Below are positions 1 through 9,136 of a stretch of 64,000 nt of DNA, piece by piece. The number at the start of each line of letters is the position of its first letter. The stretch's first letter is position 1. A program made the translations under genes and the position numbers. Below the pieces are notes generated by a model. That model worked only from the letters and a program-made list of their open reading frames with translations, was not told where the DNA came from and searched no databases. Source of the DNA: Bryobacterales bacterium (GTDB lineage: Bacteria; Acidobacteriota; Terriglobia; Bryobacterales; UBA6623); assembly GCA_965200705.1 (NCBI GenBank), contig OZ241376.1, forward strand, positions 2,367,557-2,431,556, in the 5' to 3' direction.

Positions 1-633
1 CTCGTCGTCGGCGAGAGGCGTCTGCGGGCTTGCCAGATCGCGGGACTTGAGACCGTTCCGGCCATCGTGAGGGAAATCAATGCTGACAGGCTGCTCGAGG
101 TCACGCTTGTGGAGAACATCCAGCGCGAGGACCTCAATCCGATTGAAGTCGCGTCGGCATTGCAGCGCTTGCTCGACGACCTTGGACTGCGGCACGAGGA
201 CCTGTCCACGCGGACGGGAATGAGCCGCACGTCAATCACGAACTACGTGCGGCTCCTGCGTCTGCCGATGCCCGTCAAGCGGTTGGTGAGGGAAGGTCGC
301 CTGCAGATGGGACATGCCCGCGCTCTGCTGGCTTTGGAGCGATCGACCGATCAGGAGTCGCTCGCGACCGAGGCGGCGGCACGGGACTGGCCGGTCCGCG
401 AGGTCGAGCGGCGGGTGAAGGCCATCATGGAACCCCCTGCAAAGCGTGACAAGCCCAAGATCAACCCTAACGTCGCCGATGCACTGCACAAGCTCGAGGA
501 GCGTCTGCAGGCGCCAGTGATGCTGCGTCCGCGCAGCGCTAGGAAGGGACGGATCGTGATCACATACTCCTCGCCGGAGCAGCTGATGGCGATCTACGAT
601 CGCATCATGGCCGAACCGGGACCGCAGCCCTGA
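1..633 (+). CDS. parB: Chromosome partitioning protein ParB/Spo0J, 5' end outside the window
   Basis: Frame 1 is open from base 1 (LVVGERRLRACQIAGLETVPAIVREI...). It continues into the listed ORF with ENIQREDLNPIE and the HTH region SRTSITNYVRLLRLP, typical of ParB. Confidence 0.9.
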   Translation, partial: LVVGERRLRACQIAGLETVPAIVREINADRLLEVTLVENIQREDLNPIEVASALQRLLDDLGLRHEDLSTRTGMSRTSITNYVRLLRLPMPVKRLVREGRLQMGHARALLALERSTDQESLATEAAARDWPVREVERRVKAIMEPPAKRDKPKINPNVADALHKLEERLQAPVMLRPRSARKGRIVITYSSPEQLMAIYDRIMAEPGPQP

Positions 634-1090
634 TGTTGGATTAGTGCCACGGCATCTGCATCCGTAAGTCGGATGCGCACGTCGCGGTTCCTGTCGTTGG
701 AATCGTCTCCCGCAGGGGACGGGAACAGTGCAGGCGTTCGGGCTTCAGCTCGATGCTCTTCTCGCTGCGGGTCTCCAACTCCGGACTCCTTCGGAAACTC
801 GTCGTGATCGTCGCGCCAGAGCTCACCGCATCGGACGGAACGGTTGAAGGCACCCTCAGTCTGCGGCTGGCGCATCGCCGCTGGTCACGTCCCGACACTG
901 GGATTGGTTCCAGGTGGACTTGCAGGGGCCGTGCAGGTGCCTCCCATACCCGCATGCCATTCGGACGGCCGGCTGCGGGGCGAGATCCTCGGCGGGAAAC
1001 TCATTGGGGTTCACCAGCCAGGTGCTGAACTGTCAGCGAGCTAGGTAGCTCTTGCCACCCGCGTGCGATGACGCCCGATTCGGCCGGATC

Positions 1091-1690
1091 CTACTCGTTC
1101 GACCTGATGCGCTCGAGTAGCCCTTCCGCCCGCGCCCGCGCAAGGTGCACGATCTTGGGCTGCTGGGTGATCTTTACGAGCACTGGTTCGAGCAGCTCGA
1201 GCGCAACGACACGTTCGCGCAGCACAGAGGCCTCCAAGGCCGCCAGCGCTGCGTTGACGCCGAGACGGTCGAAGCGAAACGTGCGCTCCAGCGTCACGAG
1301 GTGTTGGTAGGTGGACGCCAGCTTCACGAACCACGACACCAGCTCTCGGGCGTCCGTGGAGTCGGAGTAGTCGAATTCCACCGTGGCCCGACGACCGCCG
1401 CCCGACTCGTAGTGCAGCGTCTTGCGCCCGGTCGACGCCACCTTGCGCTTGCTGGCAAGGGGCTTGGAAAAATAGTCCAGCGACGCGGCGAGCGCAAAGA
1501 CCTCTCCCGCGGCCTCACGTCCAACGTCCAGATCGACCGGCTCGTGATCCCCTTCGGAGTAACGCGCAAGGCCGTCCTGCCGCAGTTCGACCTCGAACTG
1601 CTCGGGGATGCCGCCCGGGAAGTGACGCTCGAAGCGAATGATGTCCTGCGCTGTGATCGGTGCCGCGATGGCCAGGGCCAGCACCATCAT
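1091..1690 (-). CDS. Hypothetical secreted protein (199 aa)
   Basis: Only the last 199 codons of the 496-aa ORF 1091..2581 are plausible. ATGATG at 1690 is followed by a signal-like MMVLALAIAAPITAQ. The rest of that ORF overlaps ruvC and yebC. No family recognised. Confidence 0.55.
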   Translation of the reverse strand: MMVLALAIAAPITAQDIIRFERHFPGGIPEQFEVELRQDGLARYSEGDHEPVDLDVGREAAGEVFALAASLDYFSKPLASKRKVASTGRKTLHYESGGGRRATVEFDYSDSTDARELVSWFVKLASTYQHLVTLERTFRFDRLGVNAALAALEASVLRERVVALELLEPVLVKITQQPKIVHLARARAEGLLERIRSNE

Positions 1691-1698
1691 GGCCACTC

Positions 1699-2202
1699 TC
1701 ACACCTCCTTGACCTCCTGTGGAAGCCAGGTGGCGGTTCGGAGGCTCGCGTGGCAGTAGGCCACCGCCAGCGCGTCCGAAGCGTCCTCGGATTCGATCGG
1801 ACCGCGAACGCCGAGCAGCATGGCAATCATCTGACCCACTTGGCTCTTGGCGGCACGGCCATGGCCAACAACGCTGCTCTTCACCTGCTGCGGGGCGTAG
1901 CTGGCGACAGGCAGACCTGCTCGGGCACCGCTCAGCAGGGCGACCCCCCGCACATGCGCCACGACCGCGGCGCTCCGGAAGTTCCTGCTGTAGAAGATGT
2001 CCTCCACGGCCACTTCGTCGGGCCGGTGCTCGCGGATGATCTCGTCGAGGCCGTCCGCCACGCAGCGTAGCCGGTCGGCAAGCTGCCGGTTCCCGGGAGC
2101 CCGGAGCGTGCCGTAGTGCACCGCCCTTCGGACGCGCTCGCGCGACTCGATGATCCCGAATCCAGTGATGTGCGACCCGCAGTCTACTCCGAGGATTCGC
2201 AA
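1699..2202 (-). CDS. ruvC: Crossover junction endodeoxyribonuclease RuvC
   Basis: MRILGVDCGSHITGFGII..., DEVAVEDIFY, typical RuvC length of 167 aa. Confidence 0.93.
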   Translation of the reverse strand: MRILGVDCGSHITGFGIIESRERVRRAVHYGTLRAPGNRQLADRLRCVADGLDEIIREHRPDEVAVEDIFYSRNFRSAAVVAHVRGVALLSGARAGLPVASYAPQQVKSSVVGHGRAAKSQVGQMIAMLLGVRGPIESEDASDALAVAYCHASLRTATWLPQEVKEV

Positions 2203-2214
2203 GGCCGGCGCCGC

Positions 2215-2964
2215 TCAGGCAGTAAGCGCCTCGAGCTCCTCTTCGTCGATGTCGAAGTTGGCGTACACGTTCTGGACATCGTCCTGGTCCGCAAGCTTCT
2301 CGATCATCCGAATGACGCTGCCGGCCTGTTTTCCATGCACCTTTACGGTGGAGTCGGGGATGCGCGATATCTCCGCGGTGATCGGTTCGATGCTGGCATC
2401 CTTGACGCCGGCCAGCACGCTTTCGTGGGAATCCGGTGTCGAGAGTATCGACCAGTGGTCGCCGTCGTCCCGCAGATCGTCCCCGCCGGCGAGCAGCACG
2501 ATTTCCAGCAGCGAGTCCTCGTCGGCGGCGTCCTTCGCCACGACGATGAGGCTCTGCTTGTGGAAGATGTAGGAAACGCAACCGTTTTCACCGAGGTTGC
2601 CGCCGTTCTTGTTGAAGATGTGACGCAGCTCGGCCACGGTGCGGTTGCGGTTGTCCGTCAGGGTCTCCACCATCACCGCCACGCCGGCCGGCGCGTAGCC
2701 CTCGAAGGTGATCTCGGAGTAGGTCTCGCCCTCGAGCTGGCCGCTGCCCCGCATGATGGCGCGCTTGATGTTGTCGGACGGCATCGACTGCGACTTGGCG
2801 GCCGCCACCGCCGTGCGCAGCCGCGGATTCGCATCCGGGTCCGGGCCGCCCTCACGGGCCGCGATCTGTATTTCGCGGATAAGGCGCGTGAAGACCTTGC
2901 CGCGCCTAGCGTCGGTGGCGGCTTTCTTGTGCTTGATCGTCGCCCACTTCGAATGGCCCGACAT
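2215..2964 (-). CDS. yebC: YebC/PmpR family DNA-binding transcriptional regulator
   Basis: MSGHSKWATIKHKKAATDARRGKVFTRLIREI... is the canonical YebC N-terminus. 249 aa. Confidence 0.95.
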   Translation of the reverse strand: MSGHSKWATIKHKKAATDARRGKVFTRLIREIQIAAREGGPDPDANPRLRTAVAAAKSQSMPSDNIKRAIMRGSGQLEGETYSEITFEGYAPAGVAVMVETLTDNRNRTVAELRHIFNKNGGNLGENGCVSYIFHKQSLIVVAKDAADEDSLLEIVLLAGGDDLRDDGDHWSILSTPDSHESVLAGVKDASIEPITAEISRIPDSTVKVHGKQAGSVIRMIEKLADQDDVQNVYANFDIDEEELEALTA

Positions 2965-3046
2965 GGCTTCTCCGCCCCCGCGTTAGTGCACAGCATACCA
3001 GAGAGACCTGGAGGGCGATCGGGTCTCCGGCGGGTAGAATTGGGGG

Positions 3047-4018
3047 TTGGCCTTCCCCGTGCAACGGCACCGCAGGCTGCGGCGGACGTTGGCCCTGCGG
3101 TCCCTTGTCCGGGAGACGGCATTGTCGCCGGACGACTTCATCTATCCGGTCTTCGCATGCCCCGGCGAGGCCGTGCGTGTCGAAATCGACTCGATGCCGG
3201 GGGTCTGCAACCTTTCGGTCGACCTCCTCGTCGAGGAGTGCCGCGAGGCCGCTTCCCTTGGCGTGTCTGGAGTGATCGTTTTCGGCATCCCCCCGTCCAA
3301 GGACGCGCTCGGTACGGGCGGCTACGCAGCGGACGGCATTGTGCAGAGGGCTATCCGGGCGCTCAAGCGGGAGGTTCCATCCCTGCTGGTGATTGCGGAC
3401 ACCTGCCTGTGCGAGTACACCGACCACGGCCACTGCGGCATGGTCATTGATGGCGAGGTGGACAACGATCGGACGCTGCCTCTTCTGCGGGAGGCAGCGC
3501 TCTCCCAGGCGGAAGCGGGTGCCGACGTGATTGCGCCGTCGGACATGATGGATGGCCGTGTTGGCGTCATCCGGAAGGGTCTGGACGACGGCGGATTCTC
3601 ACATGTGCCGATCCTGTCCTACGCGGCCAAGTACGCATCAGCGTTCTACGGCCCGTTTCGGGACGCCGCTCAGTCCGCGCCACAGTTCGGCGACCGCCGC
3701 GGCTACCAGATGGATCCGCGAAACAGACGGGAGGCGATGCGCGAGATCCGGGCCGACCTCGATGAGGGCGCCGACATGATCCTGGTGAAGCCCGCGATGC
3801 CCTATCTCGATGTGCTCCGGGACGCTACCGAGGCGTTCGACGCACCCATGGGCGCCTACCAGGTGAGCGGCGAGTACGCGATGCTCCAAGCGGCGATCCG
3901 CAATGGCTGGCTGGACGAAGAGAGGGCCATTCTCGAGAGCCTCACCTGCATCAAGCGTGCTGGAGCCAGCTTCATCCTGACCTACCTCGCCAAGCAGGCT
4001 TCGCGGATGTTGAGCTAG
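3047..4018 (+). CDS. hemB: Porphobilinogen synthase (delta-aminolevulinate dehydratase)
   Basis: [54 protein letters not shown] start. Confidence 0.95.
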   Translation: MAFPVQRHRRLRRTLALRSLVRETALSPDDFIYPVFACPGEAVRVEIDSMPGVCNLSVDLLVEECREAASLGVSGVIVFGIPPSKDALGTGGYAADGIVQRAIRALKREVPSLLVIADTCLCEYTDHGHCGMVIDGEVDNDRTLPLLREAALSQAEAGADVIAPSDMMDGRVGVIRKGLDDGGFSHVPILSYAAKYASAFYGPFRDAAQSAPQFGDRRGYQMDPRNRREAMREIRADLDEGADMILVKPAMPYLDVLRDATEAFDAPMGAYQVSGEYAMLQAAIRNGWLDEERAILESLTCIKRAGASFILTYLAKQASRMLS

Positions 4019-4022
4019 CGCT

Positions 4023-5576
4023 GTGCGGGTCGTCCTGTTCGCCGCCGCCCTGGCAGTGCTGCTTGGGTGGCCCGCAGCCTCGCAGAACCCGGTGCCGACG
4101 CAGGACCAGGCAGCGCCTGGTGCGCACGTGCCTGCACAGATCGACGCGCTCCTGGATCAACCCCACGCACGGCGCGGATCGTGGGGAGTCTGCGTGGAGG
4201 ACCTCAGTACTGGCGACAGGCTCTATGCGCGGGACGGCGACAAGCTGTTCGTGCCTGCGTCCGTCGTGAAGCTTCTGACGACGGCGCTGGCGCTGCGGCG
4301 CCTTGGTCCGGACCACCGGTTCACGACGGCGGTCTTTGCCGATGGTGCGGTCGATGAGGACGGTGTCCTCGAGGGAGACCTGCGAATCGTCGGCGGCGGG
4401 GATCCCAACCTGTCTTCGCGGGTCCTGCCGTTCCAGAAGCGGGAAGAGTATGCGTGGGACCGTCTTCAGCGTCTGCGACCACTCGCGCAGCAGGTGCTCG
4501 CGGCGGGCGTGCGGAAGGTGACGGGCGATGTGGTCGGCGACAGCCGGCGGTACGTGTGGCAGCCCTACACGCCTGGGTGGTCCCACGCGGACACGCTGCA
4601 GGCGTACGGGAGCAGGCCGAGTGCACTGGTGTTCAACGACAACCTCATCGAGCTGCACGTCCGACCAGGGCCGCTTGGCCGCGAGGCGAGGCTGGCCGTC
4701 ACGCCCAGGTTCAGCCTGTTCACGTTCGCCAACCGCACGCGGACGCACGCCACCCGCTTTGTCCAGCGTGGCCTCTCCACGCGGCACGGAGACGTGCCGG
4801 GTGAGGTCGTCGTCTGGGGGGATATCAGCTCCCAGTCGACGGGGCGCACATTCGAACTAGCGGCCCAGGATCCCGCCCGATTCGCCGCGATGGCAATGCG
4901 CCAGGCGCTCATCGACGCGGGCGTCGCGGTCGATGGCGGCGCAGCAAGCGCACATTCGGCGCCGGATAGTTTGGACAGCCTGCGATCAGCAAGCACCAGC
5001 TCGTCGGGTGACCCTAGTGGTGGGGCCTTGGCGTTCATTGAGTCCCTGACGCTCGCTGATGCCGTTCGTGTCGTCAACAAGGAGAGCCAGAACCTCCATG
5101 CCGAAATGCTGCTTCGCGAAGTCGGGCTTCATGAGAGCGGCATCGGAAGCCTCGAGGCGGGGATCGCGAACATGCGTCGGTTCCTCGCCGAGGTTGGGAT
5201 GGCCTCCGACCAGCATTTCCTGCGGGACGGATCCGGCCTTTCACGTCACAATCTCGTCACCCCCTGCGCCATGGTCCGCCTTTTGGAGCACATGTGGTCC
5301 TCGGAGGAGAGCGAGGCCTTCTTGGCCAGCCTGCCGGTGGCGGGCCGCGATGGCACTCTCGAATGGCGCTTCAAGCGCGGCCCTGCCAGGGCGCGCATCC
5401 GCGCCAAGACTGGCTCCATGACCCACGTTCAGGCGTTGGCCGGCTACGCCGTGGGCGCGGCGGACTCGACCTACGCCTTTGCCATCTTGGCAAACAACTT
5501 CGGACTCTCCTCAACGGCTTCGCGCCGTCTGGTTGACGAAATCGCCTCGGCAATCGCCGGGCCGGCCCCGAACTGA
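4023..5576 (+). CDS. dacB: D-alanyl-D-alanine carboxypeptidase/endopeptidase, PBP4 (S13) family
   Basis: Signal peptide, SxxK motif in FVPASVVKLLTTALAL, KTGSMTHVQALAGY near the C-terminus. Confidence 0.85.
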   Translation: MRVVLFAAALAVLLGWPAASQNPVPTQDQAAPGAHVPAQIDALLDQPHARRGSWGVCVEDLSTGDRLYARDGDKLFVPASVVKLLTTALALRRLGPDHRFTTAVFADGAVDEDGVLEGDLRIVGGGDPNLSSRVLPFQKREEYAWDRLQRLRPLAQQVLAAGVRKVTGDVVGDSRRYVWQPYTPGWSHADTLQAYGSRPSALVFNDNLIELHVRPGPLGREARLAVTPRFSLFTFANRTRTHATRFVQRGLSTRHGDVPGEVVVWGDISSQSTGRTFELAAQDPARFAAMAMRQALIDAGVAVDGGAASAHSAPDSLDSLRSASTSSSGDPSGGALAFIESLTLADAVRVVNKESQNLHAEMLLREVGLHESGIGSLEAGIANMRRFLAEVGMASDQHFLRDGSGLSRHNLVTPCAMVRLLEHMWSSEESEAFLASLPVAGRDGTLEWRFKRGPARARIRAKTGSMTHVQALAGYAVGAADSTYAFAILANNFGLSSTASRRLVDEIASAIAGPAPN

Positions 5577-5650
5577 CCTTACCCGCGCTCTTCGGGCCGA
5601 TGTCGGGTTAACGTAGCCAGCGTGCAGCGTCAGCCCCGGCATGGGCCGGT

Positions 5651-6604
5651 ATGATGGGATCGCGGGAGCGCTGTCGAGCATTGCAGGCGACAGGCACAGG
5701 TCCCCGCAATCTCCTCGGTATCGAGGGACTTCCTCGCGCTGACATCGAGCGTCTGCTGGAGCGCGGGGCGCACTACAAGTCCCTTAACAGCGTGCATCCG
5801 CTGGACACCCTGCGCGGACGCTCCATAGTCAACCTGTTCTTCGAGCCGTCCACTAGGACTAGGACGAGCTTCGAGATCGCGGCCAAGCGCCTCGGGGCTT
5901 ACGCAATCGGTATCCAGACGCAGGGGTCCAGTCTCTCGAAGGGCGAGTCGCTGGTGGATACCCTCAACACGCTCGCGGCGATGAACCCCGACATCATCGT
6001 CATGCGCCACGCGGCGTCTGGTGCGCCCAACTTCCTCGCGCGCCATCTCTCCACGCCGATGATCAATGCGGGGGACGGCCGCCACGAGCATCCGACGCAG
6101 GCTCTGCTCGACGCCCTCACGGTGCAGGAGGTGAAGGGGACGCTCGAGGGACTGCGGGTCGCGATCATCGGCGACATCTCGCATTCCCGGGTGGCTCGCT
6201 CGAACATCCATCTGCTGGCCCAGTTCGGCGTCGACATCGTGGCTTGCGGACCAGCCACCACCGTGTCACGCAACCTGCCGCAGCTTGCACGGGGCGTGAG
6301 CCTCACCCATGACATGCGTGAGGCGGTCCGCGACGCGGACGTGATCATGATGCTGCGGGTCCAGCTGGAGCGCCAGAACGTCGAGATCTTTCCGAAGGCC
6401 GAGTACTTTCGGTACTACGGCCTGACGCTGGAGCACATGGCGCTTGCCAAGTCTGACGCGATCGTCCTGCATCCCGGTCCAATCAACCGCGGCCGGGAAA
6501 TATCGAGCGAGGTGGCGGACTCGCAGCGCTCAATGATTCTCAACCAAGTCCAGAACGGTGTCGCCATCCGGATGGCGGTGCTGGAATGGGTCTGCAGCGC
6601 ATGA
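5651..6604 (+). CDS. pyrB: Aspartate carbamoyltransferase catalytic subunit
   Basis: FFEPSTRTRTSFEIAAKRLG, HPTQALLD, HPGPINRG motifs. The exact start is uncertain. Confidence 0.93.
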   Translation: MMGSRERCRALQATGTGPRNLLGIEGLPRADIERLLERGAHYKSLNSVHPLDTLRGRSIVNLFFEPSTRTRTSFEIAAKRLGAYAIGIQTQGSSLSKGESLVDTLNTLAAMNPDIIVMRHAASGAPNFLARHLSTPMINAGDGRHEHPTQALLDALTVQEVKGTLEGLRVAIIGDISHSRVARSNIHLLAQFGVDIVACGPATTVSRNLPQLARGVSLTHDMREAVRDADVIMMLRVQLERQNVEIFPKAEYFRYYGLTLEHMALAKSDAIVLHPGPINRGREISSEVADSQRSMILNQVQNGVAIRMAVLEWVCSA

Positions 6605-6614
6605 AGGGGCGCCT

Positions 6615-7916
6615 GTGGCACGTCTGCTGATCCGCAACGGGCGCACCGTTGATCCCGCCTCCGGTCTCGACGGAAAGCGCGACGTGCTGATCGATGGGGA
6701 CCGCGTCGTTGCCATCGAGCCGCGCATCTTGTGCCCGGGCGCCGACGTGCTGGACGCCGACGGACTGGTGGTTGCGCCGGGGTTCGTGGACATCCACGTG
6801 CACTTGAGGGAGCCGGGCATCGAGCACGCCGAGACCATTCAGAGCGGCACTAGGGCAGCTGCAGCGGGAGGCTTTACGAGAGTCTGCTGCATGCCCAATA
6901 CGCAGCCCGTGAATGATTCGGCGCAGGTGACTAGCTTCATCGTCGAGCGGTCCCGCCGCACGGCCTGCGTGCACGTCCATCCGATCGGCGCGATCTCCAA
7001 GGGCAGCAAGGGAGAGCGCCTCGCCGATATCGGCGCGATGCGGTCGGAAGGCATCGTGGCCATAAGCGACGACGGCATCCCCGTCATGGACTCTGGATTG
7101 ATGCGCCGCGCCATGAAGTACGCGGCGTCGTTCGGCATGCCGGTCATCGACCACTGCGAGGACCTGAACCTGAGCGCGGGCGGAGACATCCACGAGGGTC
7201 TCCAGAGCCTGCGGCTCGGACTGGGTGGGATTCCGTCGTGCTCGGAGGACGTGATGGTGGCCCGCGACATCATCTTGGCCGCGGACACCGGCGCGCACGC
7301 GCACATCGCACACATTTCCACGGCGAACTCGATCGCCATGGTCCGCCATGCCAAGGCCCTTGGCCTACCCGTTACCACCGAGGTAACACCGCACCACTTC
7401 GCGTTGACCGACGAGCACATCGACTGCTACGACTCGAGCTACAAGATGAAGCCCCCGTTGCGCTCCGCCGCGGACATGGAGGCGGCCATCGAGGGTCTCG
7501 TGGACGGCACGATCGACTGCATTGCGACCGACCACGCGCCGCATACAGGCCACATCAAGATGCAGGAGTTCGAGCGTTGTCCGTTCGGCATCACCGGCTT
7601 GGAGACTGCACTGCCCCTCGCGCTGGAGGCCCTCTTCCACAGCGGGAAGGTAGACCTGCTGCAACTGGTCGGCCTCTTCACGAACAAGGCCTGCGACTGC
7701 CTTTCGCTGGATCATGGGCGCCTCATGGCGGGCGGACCGGCCGACGTGACGGTGTTTTCGACCGAGAGGAACTGGACGTACGACATCCACGACACACTGT
7801 CGAAGAGCAAGAACTCCCCGTTCGGCGGCTCTCGGTTCCGCGGCGGGCCCATCGCCACGATCGTGTCGGGCCGCATGGTCTGGACCGTGGAGGACGGTCT
7901 GCGGCGGCGCCCCTGA
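6615..7916 (+). CDS. pyrC: Dihydroorotase
   Basis: GFVDIHVHLREPG, ATDHAPH motifs. I moved the start to the GTG at 6615 (VARLLIRNG...), just after the pyrB stop. The ORF track start at 6558 overlaps pyrB. Confidence 0.88.
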   Translation: MARLLIRNGRTVDPASGLDGKRDVLIDGDRVVAIEPRILCPGADVLDADGLVVAPGFVDIHVHLREPGIEHAETIQSGTRAAAAGGFTRVCCMPNTQPVNDSAQVTSFIVERSRRTACVHVHPIGAISKGSKGERLADIGAMRSEGIVAISDDGIPVMDSGLMRRAMKYAASFGMPVIDHCEDLNLSAGGDIHEGLQSLRLGLGGIPSCSEDVMVARDIILAADTGAHAHIAHISTANSIAMVRHAKALGLPVTTEVTPHHFALTDEHIDCYDSSYKMKPPLRSAADMEAAIEGLVDGTIDCIATDHAPHTGHIKMQEFERCPFGITGLETALPLALEALFHSGKVDLLQLVGLFTNKACDCLSLDHGRLMAGGPADVTVFSTERNWTYDIHDTLSKSKNSPFGGSRFRGGPIATIVSGRMVWTVEDGLRRRP

Positions 7917-7954
7917 GAGTTGGTGCGCCGCCTGGACGCCGGGCTTGATCCAAC

Positions 7955-9136
7955 ATGATGAGAAGCGACGTTTCGGTGCGGTCGCGGGCCATCATCCACT
8001 TGGATGCGCTCCAGGCGAACTACGCCCGCCTGCTTGAGCTCACGCATCGGTCCGTCGCCCTCATGTGCGTCGTCAAGTCTGGCGCCTATGGCCACGGTGC
8101 ACTTGCGGTAGGACAGGCGTTGACCGCCGCAGGTTGCGGCCACCTTGCCGTTACGAGCTTGGACGAAGCGGTCGGCCTCCGCGACGCGGGCGTGACGGGA
8201 AACATCTACGTGCTGACCGGCCTCGCGCCTGGGGAAGAGCACGATGCAGCGATGCGCGGCATCCAACCGGTCGTCGGATCGCTGGACCAGTTGCGGCGGT
8301 GGGACGAGGTGGGCATGAGGATGAGCCGCCGCCTATCGTTCCATCTGCTACTGAACTCGGGTTTCAACCGCCTCGGCATGGACCTCGATCCGACTTCCGT
8401 GTCCTCGGTGGAGTCCCTGGCTAGCGCCCTAGGCGCCAGCGCTTGGACGGAGCTCGTCGGTGTTGCAACCCACTACGCCTCGGCCGAGGATCTCGGGTCG
8501 GATCAGTCTGACCGGCAGGACGCAGTCTTCGGACGGCAGATCCAGGCCATCACTGGTTCCGGGAGGTTGTGTCGCTACGTGCATGTCGCCAACAGCGCCG
8601 CCATCCTGTACCGCGGTGTCGCAGGGCCGCCCGAGTCCGCGGTGCGGAACATGGCGCGGCCCGGTCTGGCCCTCTATGGGTACGTCAAGCCGTGCCGGGG
8701 CGCCGAGTGCACTCTGGATCCGGATCTGCGTCCGGTGCTTGAGTGGCGTGCCCGGCTGCTGCAGATAAGGGACATTCCGATGGGTGCCGCCATTGGCTAT
8801 GGGGCGACGTTTGTCGCGCCGCATTCCATGCGGATAGGTGTGCTTGGCGTGGGCTATGCCGACGGGTTGCCGCTGCAGATGTCCAATCGCGGGAGCGTCG
8901 GGTTGCGCGGCTTGCGCTGCCCGATCGTAGGCGAGGTCAGCATGGATCTGACCACCGTGGACCTTGGATCCGTTCCCGACGCGGCGGTCGGGGACGAGGT
9001 CACCTTGATCGGTGAACCACCGTACGACGCCCAGGGCATGGCCGATCTGGCGGGCACGAGCGTGTACGAGATCCTCTGCGGGATCGGTCCACGGGTGCGC
9101 AGGCAGCCGACCTTCAGCGTTGCTGTTGACCGATGA
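7955..9136 (+). CDS. alr: Alanine racemase
   Basis: PLP-lysine motif VVKSGAYGHG, C-terminal YEILCGIGPRV. Confidence 0.9.
   Translation: MMRSDVSVRSRAIIHLDALQANYARLLELTHRSVALMCVVKSGAYGHGALAVGQALTAAGCGHLAVTSLDEAVGLRDAGVTGNIYVLTGLAPGEEHDAAMRGIQPVVGSLDQLRRWDEVGMRMSRRLSFHLLLNSGFNRLGMDLDPTSVSSVESLASALGASAWTELVGVATHYASAEDLGSDQSDRQDAVFGRQIQAITGSGRLCRYVHVANSAAILYRGVAGPPESAVRNMARPGLALYGYVKPCRGAECTLDPDLRPVLEWRARLLQIRDIPMGAAIGYGATFVAPHSMRIGVLGVGYADGLPLQMSNRGSVGLRGLRCPIVGEVSMDLTTVDLGSVPDAAVGDEVTLIGEPPYDAQGMADLAGTSVYEILCGIGPRVRRQPTFSVAVDR

Noticed and set aside
640-1090. Several overlapping small ORFs between parB and the hypothetical secreted protein (including a Cys-containing peptide and the 104-aa ORF 641-955)
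   Set aside because: No frame is clearly favoured by composition or motif along the whole stretch. I could not support any call. It may hold a short or decayed gene.
1091-2581. A 496-aa ORF spanning the ruvC and yebC regions
   Set aside because: Upstream of codon 298 it is an R/G/A-rich shadow frame overlapping two well-supported genes. Only the last 199 codons were kept.
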